Of a stretch of DNA of 64,000 nt, positions 18,490 through 26,759 are shown in pieces (the first letter of the stretch is position 1; every line of letters starts with the position of its first letter). This stretch comes from a virus. The position numbers and the translations under genes were made by a program. The notes under the pieces were generated by a model. That model did not search any database. It was not told where the DNA came from and worked only from the letters and a program-made list of their open reading frames with translations. The stretch is from IMG/VR virus record IMGVR_UViG_3300042923_000619, positions 1-64,000 of that record; one strand, given 5' to 3'.

Positions 18490-21041
18490 TGATGCCATAT
18501 ATAAGGAGTAAAGGTGAAAATGCAATAACTTGTAATTGTGATTTAGCTATAATAAAAGAAAACAATGAGCCATTATTAATATCTTTATTTGATTATGGAA
18601 TAAAAACAAAAAAGATAGTTGCTGACTTTTATAAAAGAAACTTTTATTCCGAAATAACATTAGAAGATAGAGAAAATGTTAGATTCTCAAAAAGGATTTC
18701 TATTCCATATAATGATTATTCTTATATGTCTAAAAGTGATAGACAAGGAGAATTAACACATACAATTATAAGAAGTAAGAATGTTGATAAATATATAATT
18801 GATTGGGATAATAAAGGTAAAATATCTTCAATAGTAAATTATATTAGAAATAAATTATATATACCAATGACAGAAGAAATCTTCATAGAATTAAAAGCTG
18901 ATTCATTAATATCTGAATTAGATGTTTTTACAAACAATCCTATATTTGAAAATTTAAAAGCATATTCTTTTAATGAATATTGGTTTAAGCAAAAATTAGA
19001 AGAATATAAAGGACAAAGAAAAGCCGATACTTTTGATTGGAATGAAATAGAAACCATACAAGATTATATTTATACATTTTTAGAACCAATTAAAAGTAAA
19101 ATATCTAAAACAATAACACCCTTGTATAATCCTAATAATATTAATGATGGAATATTTGAAGGAGTACAACCATTTGAAGGTCAACTTCCAATAATTCAAG
19201 GTGGAATTGAAGTATTAAAACAAGATAAATTTGTATATGTTGGGGCTGAGATGGGCTGTGGTAAAACTATTTGTGGTATTAAAATAAATCATAATTATTT
19301 AAAAGCAAATAAAGATAATTACACTACTTTAGTAATTGCTCCAGCAATAACATTATCTCAATGGGTGGATGAAATTAAACGTTCTTTCAATGAAAAGGTT
19401 AATATAATTACATTAAAGAAAACAGAAGATTTCATTAAATGGTACAGATCAAGAAATACTCATAAATCACAAATTACATATTTATTAATAGGAAAAGAAA
19501 CTTTTAAATTGAGTTATGCCACAGAACCTAGTTATAATAAATCTAAGCAATTGGTTCAATTTAAAGAAATGGATGATTATTACAAGAATAACTATTATAC
19601 TAAAAGAGATTATATGTATTCCACAAGAAAACAAATTAAAGAGGTATTAACTTGCCCTAAATGTGGTAAGCCATTAAAGAATCCTAATATTACATCAGAA
19701 GACAAGTTCTTTGAAGACAAAGACTTTAAGAAACCAAATAAGGGAAATTATAAATGTAATAATTGTGGTGAAATATTATGGTCAGCTACATATAATAAGA
19801 CGAAAAAAACAAGTGCAATAGATTATATACATAGAAAAGGAATTAAATTTGATAGTATAATTTTAGATGAAGCACACGAATCCAATAATTCAGGTTCAAT
19901 AATTGGGAATGCTACAAGAACAGTATTAAGAAATCATACTAAAAAAGTAATTGCCTTATCTGGAACAAATAATAATGGTTACGCTTCAAGCTTACATAAT
20001 CTATTTATGGCTTTATGCCCTAATAAATTAATAAAAGATGGATGCTTAGATGTAAAAGATTTTGTTAAAAAATATGGAACTTTACAAGCAGTAACACCTT
20101 TGAAAGATGAAAGAAGAAGTTATTATTCAAGAGGAAAAGCAGAAATAAAAGATAGTGAATTTAAAGAAATTGAAGGTATAAATCCTATTGTATTTACCAA
20201 GTATTTAGCTTCTAATTCTATATTTGCTACTTTAGATGATTTAAAGGACGATTTACCACCTATTAAGGAAATGTATATACCAATTCAACCTTTGGATCAA
20301 CAATATCATGCTACAAGAAATTTATTTGAGGATATAAAGAAAGTAAATTGTTTCAATGCAAAAATGTATATTGATAGTATAGTTAAGCATTACATAAATA
20401 ATCCTGTTGAATGGGATAGCATAGAAATAACAAATGGAGATAATCCTAAAACAGTTAAACCACAAAACTTATACATAGAAGGAAATTTACCTAAAGAAGA
20501 TGAATTGATAAATATAGTAAAACAAGAACACTCAGAAGGAAGAAAAGTATGGATATATACTGACTTTAATAATGGTGGCAATTATATGAAAGAAACTCCA
20601 ATTCCTAAAAGACTGAAAAAAGCTTTAGAAAATGAAGGATTAAGAGTATTTTTATTAAGTACATCTGTAAGTACATATGATAGAAAAGAAACTATAGAAA
20701 ACAACAAAGATAAATATGATGTATTTATATGTAATCCTAGACTTGTAAATGTAGGTATTAATTTAGTATTCTGTCCTACATACATATTTTATATGCCTAG
20801 TTATAGAGTTGATATTGTAAGCCAAGCAAGTAGACGTGGCTACAGAGCAAATAGCACATTAGAGAATAGAATATATCACCTATATTATAAAGATACTATA
20901 GAAGATGAAATAATCAAAAGATACCAAAGAAAACTTGCAGAAAGTAATGCAATCAATGGTAAATTTAATGTACAATTAGAAGATGACAAAAAGATTAGAA
21001 CCGCTAGTCAATTCTCAAGCAAGTTAAATCAAGGGTTATAA
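18489..21041 (+). CDS. SF2 (SNF2/DEAD-like) helicase with zinc-finger insertion
   Basis: AEMGCGKT (Walker A), ILDEAHE (Walker B), LSGT, VGINL, QASRRGYR; CPKCG...CNNCG; start codon overlaps the methylase stop (TAATG). Confidence 0.85.
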   Translation: MMPYIRSKGENAITCNCDLAIIKENNEPLLISLFDYGIKTKKIVADFYKRNFYSEITLEDRENVRFSKRISIPYNDYSYMSKSDRQGELTHTIIRSKNVDKYIIDWDNKGKISSIVNYIRNKLYIPMTEEIFIELKADSLISELDVFTNNPIFENLKAYSFNEYWFKQKLEEYKGQRKADTFDWNEIETIQDYIYTFLEPIKSKISKTITPLYNPNNINDGIFEGVQPFEGQLPIIQGGIEVLKQDKFVYVGAEMGCGKTICGIKINHNYLKANKDNYTTLVIAPAITLSQWVDEIKRSFNEKVNIITLKKTEDFIKWYRSRNTHKSQITYLLIGKETFKLSYATEPSYNKSKQLVQFKEMDDYYKNNYYTKRDYMYSTRKQIKEVLTCPKCGKPLKNPNITSEDKFFEDKDFKKPNKGNYKCNNCGEILWSATYNKTKKTSAIDYIHRKGIKFDSIILDEAHESNNSGSIIGNATRTVLRNHTKKVIALSGTNNNGYASSLHNLFMALCPNKLIKDGCLDVKDFVKKYGTLQAVTPLKDERRSYYSRGKAEIKDSEFKEIEGINPIVFTKYLASNSIFATLDDLKDDLPPIKEMYIPIQPLDQQYHATRNLFEDIKKVNCFNAKMYIDSIVKHYINNPVEWDSIEITNGDNPKTVKPQNLYIEGNLPKEDELINIVKQEHSEGRKVWIYTDFNNGGNYMKETPIPKRLKKALENEGLRVFLLSTSVSTYDRKETIENNKDKYDVFICNPRLVNVGINLVFCPTYIFYMPSYRVDIVSQASRRGYRANSTLENRIYHLYYKDTIEDEIIKRYQRKLAESNAINGKFNVQLEDDKKIRTASQFSSKLNQGL

Positions 21042-21069
21042 ATTATTTAAACAAATTAATAGAAATACA

Positions 21070-21098
21070 TTGACATAATTAATTAATAAGAGTAAAAT
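21070..21098 (+). promoter_or_regulatory. SigA-type promoter upstream of ligase
   Basis: TTGACA-17 bp-TAAAAT, followed by hairpin 21102-21150. Confidence 0.6.
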
Positions 21099-21188
21099 AT
21101 AAATTGTGGAGGAGATAAAACCCAAATAGTCCAAGCTTTCCTTCACAATTACATAATAACAAATTAATAGAATAAAGGAGATAGAGAA

Positions 21189-22484
21189 ATGGAAGAAGTA
21201 ATAAAAATAATTGAGGATTTAAGAAATACCAATGGAACGAACGATAAAATTTCAATACTACAAAAGAATAAGGATAATAAATTACTAAAGAAAGTTTTGT
21301 TGTATACATATGACCCTTTTAGGAAATATGGTATTAGTGAAAAAACATTAGAAACTGATGTACCTCATAATGAGCCAAGTTTTGATATATTTGAATTATT
21401 AGATATATTAGCTAGTTCCAATATAAATGATTCACTAAGAGGTAAAACAAATTCATTTTTATCAAGTGTAAAATTTAAAAACAATAAAGAAATGGAATTA
21501 TATAAAGGGATATTACTAAAAGATTTAAAACTTGGTTGCAATGTTTCTACTATAAATAAGATATGGAAAGACTTAATTCCAGAATTTAATGTTCAATTAG
21601 CAAATTCGTACTTCAAAGAAAAGGAAGGATTTTTAAAAGGGAGAACTTTTATATTATCTACAAAATTAGATGGAAATAGACTTGTTATAATCAAAAGAAA
21701 TGGTATTATAGAGTTTTACACTAGACAAGGAAAACTAATGGAAGGTTTAGTAGAAATAGAAACTGATGGTAAATTGCTTTTAGATAATATGGTATATGAT
21801 GGTGAGTTAATTTCTGAAAATATTGATAACTTACCTAGCGATGAATTATTTAGAGTAACTATGACAAAAGCTAGAAAAGATGGAGTTAAAACAGGATTAA
21901 TATTTAATTGTTTTGACATGTTACCATTAGATGAATTTGAAAAAGGTAAATCAAAAGAAGGGTGCTTAACTAGAAAAACTAAACTAAAAGAATTACTTGA
22001 ATCATTAAATTTACAATACATAGTAAATGTAGAAAATTTATACGTAGGAAATGATGAATCAGAAATAATGAAATGGTTAAATTGGGCTAAATCAAATAAT
22101 CTTGAAGGTATAATGTTACAGATAGCTAGTGCAGTATATGAATGTAAAAGAACAAAAACAACATTAAAAATAAAGCAGTTCCAAGACGCTGATTTAAAAG
22201 TATTAGATATTATTGAAGGTACAGGTAAAAATGTTGGTAAATTAGGTGCTATAACAGTACAATTTGAAGTTGATGGTAAATTATATACTTGTGATTGTGG
22301 TTCTGGTTTCAGTGATGATGAAAGAAGTTTATACTATAATAATAAAGAATTGCTATTAGGAAAGATAGTCACAATAGGTTATTTTGAAATAAGTCAAAAT
22401 AGTAAAACAAAAGAATATGGACTTCGTTTTCCAACATGGAAGGGAATAATTAGACATGATAAAACTGAAATAAGTATGTATTAG
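21189..22484 (+). CDS. lig: ATP-dependent DNA ligase
   Basis: KLDGNR adenylation motif, YDGEL, FDML, EGIML, LKIK, OB-fold GSGFSD and LRFP. Confidence 0.92.
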   Translation: MEEVIKIIEDLRNTNGTNDKISILQKNKDNKLLKKVLLYTYDPFRKYGISEKTLETDVPHNEPSFDIFELLDILASSNINDSLRGKTNSFLSSVKFKNNKEMELYKGILLKDLKLGCNVSTINKIWKDLIPEFNVQLANSYFKEKEGFLKGRTFILSTKLDGNRLVIIKRNGIIEFYTRQGKLMEGLVEIETDGKLLLDNMVYDGELISENIDNLPSDELFRVTMTKARKDGVKTGLIFNCFDMLPLDEFEKGKSKEGCLTRKTKLKELLESLNLQYIVNVENLYVGNDESEIMKWLNWAKSNNLEGIMLQIASAVYECKRTKTTLKIKQFQDADLKVLDIIEGTGKNVGKLGAITVQFEVDGKLYTCDCGSGFSDDERSLYYNNKELLLGKIVTIGYFEISQNSKTKEYGLRFPTWKGIIRHDKTEISMY

Positions 22485-22496
22485 AAAGGAAATTAT

Positions 22497-23261
22497 ATGA
22501 AAAAGATTGATAGAACAGGAGAAACAAATACCAATAAATATGGAAGTGAAATGACTATTATTAAATATCATAATGCAAATGATATGGTTGTTGAATTTAA
22601 AAATGATTATAAAACCAAACCTCAATATAAAGATTTCAAAAAAGGAAATGTAAAAAATCCATATGATAAAACTGTTTTTAATATTGGTTATTTAGGAGAA
22701 GGGATATATACATCTAGAACAAATAATATAAAGAATATTCAATATATCTATTGGATAAGTCTATTTTCAAGATGTTATGGAGAATCAGAATTACTAAAAA
22801 GACCAAGATATAAAGATTGCACAATATGTGAGGAATGGCACAACTTTCAAAACTTTGCAGAATGGTTTGATAATAACTATTATGAGATTGATAATGAGAA
22901 AATGTGTTTGGATAAAGACATTTTGGTAAAAGGGAATAAGGTTTATAGTCCTGATACTTGTATTTTTGTTCCTGATAGAATAAATTGTTTATTCGTAAAG
23001 TCAAATAATGTACGAGGAGATTATCCAATCGGTGTAAGCAAAAGCAGAAATACAACTAATAAACATTTCTTATGTAGATGTAATACATTAGATAAAAGTG
23101 TTTATTTAGGACATTATCAAACACCAGAAGAAGCATTTTACAAAGGTTATAAGCCATTTAAAGAACAATATATAAAACAAGTAGCAAATGAATATAAAGA
23201 CAAGATACCAAAAGTTTTATATGATGCTTTATATAGATATGAAGTTGAAATTACTGATTAA
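22497..23261 (+). CDS. Free-standing putative homing endonuclease (HNH-like with AP2-like C-terminus)
   Basis: RCY...EEWHNFQNFAEWF...LDKDILVKGNKVYSPDTCIFVP; C-terminal YLGHYQTPEEAFY; core is similar to 1679..2656. Confidence 0.65.
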   Translation: MKKIDRTGETNTNKYGSEMTIIKYHNANDMVVEFKNDYKTKPQYKDFKKGNVKNPYDKTVFNIGYLGEGIYTSRTNNIKNIQYIYWISLFSRCYGESELLKRPRYKDCTICEEWHNFQNFAEWFDNNYYEIDNEKMCLDKDILVKGNKVYSPDTCIFVPDRINCLFVKSNNVRGDYPIGVSKSRNTTNKHFLCRCNTLDKSVYLGHYQTPEEAFYKGYKPFKEQYIKQVANEYKDKIPKVLYDALYRYEVEITD

Positions 23262-23321
23262 ATAAATTAACAGAACCCAATAAAAGTTAAATTTTACAAG
23301 GAGTTGAAAGGATGTGATTTA

Positions 23322-23657
23322 ATGAACGATTTTTTAATTACAAAAATTACTTGTCATTGTGATATGATTAGGAAAGGTAAACCATGTTCATGTGAGCCAA
23401 TACAAGATAGATATGTTCAAGAAGCTATACAAATGATTAATAATGAGAATTTACAATCATATATTGAAGAACTCTCGGAAGGTTGGAAAACAATATGGAT
23501 TTATAAAGATGACTATATGTTAGAAATAATAAAACAACTTCCTAACAATCCTAAATCAACTTTTGAACATTGGATTTTAGGTAAAGCTTTTGGATATGCT
23601 GATGAAGCTATTAAAAACTTTATATCAAATAAAATAAATAAATATAAAAGGAGATAA
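23322..23657 (+). CDS. Hypothetical protein
   Basis: ORF with AAGGATG RBS. Confidence 0.7.
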   Translation: MNDFLITKITCHCDMIRKGKPCSCEPIQDRYVQEAIQMINNENLQSYIEELSEGWKTIWIYKDDYMLEIIKQLPNNPKSTFEHWILGKAFGYADEAIKNFISNKINKYKRR

Positions 23658-23662
23658 TAAAA

Positions 23663-23986
23663 ATGAGTTATGAATGTGAAAAATTTGAAGAAATTGAATC
23701 ACCAATAAATTGTGAGAATCCAACATTAATACAAATACTAGAAGAATTAAATAGATTAAAATTAGAAAATGAATTACTTAAAGCAGATAAAAAAGAAATG
23801 CTAAGAGAAATTCAACAATTAAAAAATGACAAGATGGTATTACATAATAAATTTGATGAAAATAATCAATACACTACTGTAGTAGATGGAAATGACGATT
23901 TAAGTTATATAGATGAATATGCTAAAGGATTAGACTTATTTAAAGATAATTATAAAATTGGTGGAAATGATATAAAAAATCAATAA
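23663..23986 (+). CDS. Hypothetical coiled-coil protein
   Basis: ORF with AGGAG RBS; heptad repeats. Confidence 0.7.
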   Translation: MSYECEKFEEIESPINCENPTLIQILEELNRLKLENELLKADKKEMLREIQQLKNDKMVLHNKFDENNQYTTVVDGNDDLSYIDEYAKGLDLFKDNYKIGGNDIKNQ

Positions 23987-24018
23987 ACAGATTAATAGAA
24001 GAATGGAGAATTAAAAAT

Positions 24019-24723
24019 ATGAAATATTATGGATTAAGAGTTTACGATTTAGAAGAAAGTATAATAGCAAGTTCATTACCAATGTTAAAAAAGAAATTAT
24101 CATCAGAAGAATTTGAAAATGAAGTATCAAATTTAAAAATTGTAATTGAATTATATGGAAAAGAAAAAATGATGTATTTTTCTAATTTATCAAAAGATGA
24201 ATTAAATTTATTACCCGAATCAATTATTAAAGCAGTAAAACATTTTAAAAGAGCAATAAATTTAGGCAATGCAAAACCAAATTCAGGACACGACTGCTTC
24301 AGTAAGGGTTGTATGATTGCTGTAAATATCGAAGCAGATCAAAGTTTTTGGTTGCAATGGGAAAGATATCATCATCAAGACACGGTATCTAGTATGAGTA
24401 CAATGCACAGTTTATGTAAGTTTGACTTATATGATGGGTTATTTAGTGAATGGACTGACAAAAGACAAATAGATATATTAAATGAAAAGATAGTAGAATA
24501 CAATGAAAATCCAACACAAGATAATTTTCAAAAAGTGATTCACAATTGCCCTGAAGGAATTGAATTATGTAGAAGATTAGATAGTAATTATCTTCAATTC
24601 AAGACCATGCATAGTCAAAGAGAATTTCATAAAATGTATAGTTGGTCAAAAGATTTTTTAAGATTATGTGATGAATTACCATACTTTAAAGAATTATGTT
24701 TAAATAAAAAGGAGGATAAATAG
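24019..24723 (+). CDS. Divergent ThyX-like (flavin-dependent thymidylate synthase fold) protein
   Basis: SGHDCF and WLQWERYHHQDTVSSMSTMH, a degenerate RHRx7S-like segment; DNA-metabolism context. Confidence 0.45.
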   Translation: MKYYGLRVYDLEESIIASSLPMLKKKLSSEEFENEVSNLKIVIELYGKEKMMYFSNLSKDELNLLPESIIKAVKHFKRAINLGNAKPNSGHDCFSKGCMIAVNIEADQSFWLQWERYHHQDTVSSMSTMHSLCKFDLYDGLFSEWTDKRQIDILNEKIVEYNENPTQDNFQKVIHNCPEGIELCRRLDSNYLQFKTMHSQREFHKMYSWSKDFLRLCDELPYFKELCLNKKEDK

Positions 24724-24724
24724 T

Positions 24725-24925
24725 ATGAATGTATATGAATTACTTCAAAGTGAGAATGAAACAATTACACCTGAAATAGCATGTATTGAAATTAGCTTAC
24801 AAACATTTGTTAAATTGGGCAAAATAAGTGACAAACAAAGAATTTCTTTTCTAAAGAGTATTTATTGTGGTGAACAAATTAGTAGTGCTCTTAAAAAATA
24901 TAATGATTTTATACGAAATATTTAA
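24725..24925 (+). CDS. Hypothetical protein; paralog of 14689..14973 lacking the TM tail
   Basis: Clear pairwise similarity over about 55 aa. Confidence 0.75.
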   Translation: MNVYELLQSENETITPEIACIEISLQTFVKLGKISDKQRISFLKSIYCGEQISSALKKYNDFIRNI

Positions 24926-24990
24926 TAATTAATCCAAATAAAATAAAAGGATAATTTTAACAAATTAATATATAAGGAGAGGATAATTTT

Positions 24991-25170
24991 ATGATTGTAA
25001 AAGATTTAATAGAAGAGTTGCAAAAGTTAGACCAGTATAAACAGATAGGGATTTTATATACAGATGACGAAGATGATACATTTTTCCCAAGTAGAACAAT
25101 ATGTATTCAAAGCGAAGAAAATATGGAAGATAAAATCAAATGGAAAAATGGTGGTTATTATTTATTTTAA
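24991..25170 (+). CDS. Hypothetical protein (59 aa)
   Basis: Read by hand as MIVKDLIEELQKLD...GGYYLF; AAGGAGAGG RBS. Confidence 0.7.
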   Translation: MIVKDLIEELQKLDQYKQIGILYTDDEDDTFFPSRTICIQSEENMEDKIKWKNGGYYLF

Positions 25171-25190
25171 ATATTAAAAAAGAAAAAAAT

Positions 25191-25252
25191 AAGGGAGTTA
25201 TAAATATAGTAAATAACAAATTAATGTTAAATATTATATTTATAACTCCCTT
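25191..25252. terminator. Long inverted repeat ending the + arm
   Basis: AAGGGAGTTATAAATATA ... TATATTTATAACTCCCTT (18-bp arms). Confidence 0.7.
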
Positions 25253-25258
25253 AAGGTG

Positions 25259-25286
25259 TTGACATTTAATTTAAAAAGTGTATAAT
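25259..25286 (+). promoter_or_regulatory. Consensus SigA promoter with no downstream + strand ORF
   Basis: TTGACA-16 bp-TATAAT with extended TG. Confidence 0.7.
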
Positions 25287-25291
25287 TATAG

Positions 25292-25366
25292 TTACAGAGA
25301 ATATTAATGACCATGATTTCTCTGTGGTTTTGTGTAAGAAGTTGGCTTGTGAAAGTTGACTTCTTT
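25292..25366 (+). ncRNA. Candidate small RNA of about 75 nt
   Basis: Follows a consensus promoter; hairpin ACAGAGA/TCTCTGT, then terminator AAGAAGTTGGC/GTTGACTTCTT with a T-run; abuts the stop codon of the convergent gene. Confidence 0.5.
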
Positions 25367-25678
25367 TTATTTACCAGTATATCTAGCTATTGCAAATCCT
25401 ATAACTCCTGTTATTACTGAACCTATTAAAGTAGTTATAATTTGATTCCAATTCTTAGCTGGAACTTCTTTTAATTCTTTTAATGTTGTACTCACTTCAT
25501 TCATTTGTGTACCTAGATTTTCTAATTTTACTAATATAGTTTGAACGGCTGTATTATTATCATTTGAATCTTTCTCTAACTTTTCACATTTTTTATATAA
25601 TTCAGCAACATCTTGAAAAACTATATCTACCTTTGTTGATAATTCTGCTATTTTTTGTATAATTGTATCATTATCCAT
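25367..25678 (-). CDS. Coiled-coil protein with C-terminal TM helix (XhlA/holin-like architecture)
   Basis: GGAGG RBS before ATG 25678; ends ITTLIGSVITGVIGFAIARYTGK. Confidence 0.7.
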   Translation of the reverse strand: MDNDTIIQKIAELSTKVDIVFQDVAELYKKCEKLEKDSNDNNTAVQTILVKLENLGTQMNEVSTTLKELKEVPAKNWNQIITTLIGSVITGVIGFAIARYTGK

Positions 25679-25697
25679 TGTAATACCTCCTTGTAAA

Positions 25698-25835
25698 TTA
25701 CTTATTATCCTTATCTTCTTTTTTTTCCTCAACTTGTACATTATCTTCTTTTTTAGAAGTTAATGCTGAAGCTGTTGGTTTAGATGGTTTACTTGGCTTA
25801 GTTCCTTTTGAAAATATCCAATCGAATATCCCCAT
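25698..25835 (-). CDS. Small peptide (45 aa)
   Basis: Read by hand as MGIFDWIFSKGTKPSKPSKPTASALTSKKEDNVQVEEKKEDKDNK; AGGAGGT RBS. Confidence 0.65.
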   Translation of the reverse strand: MGIFDWIFSKGTKPSKPSKPTASALTSKKEDNVQVEEKKEDKDNK

Positions 25836-25893
25836 ATTATATTACCTCCTTTAAGTTTAATATTTCTTTTAATTTATTATCAATTAATTGTTT

Positions 25894-26175
25894 CTATTTT
25901 TCATTTATATTTTTATTAACATTTTCGTTATAATTATAATTAGAATTTTTTTCTTTTATTTCGCTTGAAAAATCATTCCCGAAATAATTAACAAAGAAAA
26001 TTCCTAATATTGCAACTAATGCTATTGCATTAACTATTATCACTAATTTTATTGTTTTTTGAAAATCTTTTACTATATTTGAAATAGTGCATATTGAATC
26101 ATTTAATAAACTCTGATTTTTTTCTAATTGTTTTTGTTGCTGTTCAATTATTGAGTCTTTTATATTTTTTTCCAT
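25894..26175 (-). CDS. Coiled-coil protein with one TM helix
   Basis: AGAAAGGA RBS before ATG 26175; TM segment VIIVNAIALVAILGIFFV. Confidence 0.65.
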   Translation of the reverse strand: MEKNIKDSIIEQQQKQLEKNQSLLNDSICTISNIVKDFQKTIKLVIIVNAIALVAILGIFFVNYFGNDFSSEIKEKNSNYNYNENVNKNINEK

Positions 26176-26278
26176 CGTTAAATCAATCCTTTCTTTGTTT
26201 AACAAAACCATCTCCTTATTAATTTATTTTCTTTAGTTAAACCACTTTTACATCATTAGTTTATTAATTTTAATATAT

Positions 26279-26494
26279 TTATAGTAATAAATGATATATA
26301 CACATTCCACTAGATACCATGAGTAAAATACTTAACATTGCTATTATCATTTTGTATCTCTTGTAATCGCTATTTATAATATCTTTTATATATTCGTTCT
26401 CTTTTTCTAGTCTTGATATTGTATTGTCTTTAAATTTAATCTGATTTTGTAATGTTTTTATATATCTTAAAATTGTTTCTTTATTATTTTCCAT
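26279..26494 (-). CDS. Coiled-coil protein with C-terminal TM helix
   Basis: AAAGGATGG RBS; ends MIIAMLSILLMVSSGMCIYHLLL. Confidence 0.65.
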   Translation of the reverse strand: MENNKETILRYIKTLQNQIKFKDNTISRLEKENEYIKDIINSDYKRYKMIIAMLSILLMVSSGMCIYHLLL

Positions 26495-26553
26495 AATTGA
26501 CACCATCCTTTCATATTCATATGCATTTATTAACTTTTATGCTATAATAATAG

Positions 26554-26685
26554 GTATACAAAAACATTTATAGTCATTATAAAAAATAAAGTTGATTATT
26601 AATATTTATATTAACTTACCATAAATTTAATATTAATGTGCATTTCTATATACAATATATAGTGGTTAGTAATGTTTTTGTATAC
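26554..26685. repeat. 15-bp perfect inverted repeat
   Basis: GTATACAAAAACATT (26554-26568) and AATGTTTTTGTATAC (26671-26685). Confidence 0.7.
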
Positions 26686-26697
26686 TATATATTGTGT
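26650..26697. promoter_or_regulatory. Tandem NrdR-box-like operator pair
   Basis: ATACAATATATAGTGG (26650-26665) and ATACTATATATTGTGT (26682-26697), with starts 32 bp apart. Confidence 0.5.
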
Positions 26698-26759
26698 TAA
26701 TATTACTTTAAAAAACGTATTTTATGGTAATAAAAGGTACATTTTAAATTAATTTGTCA

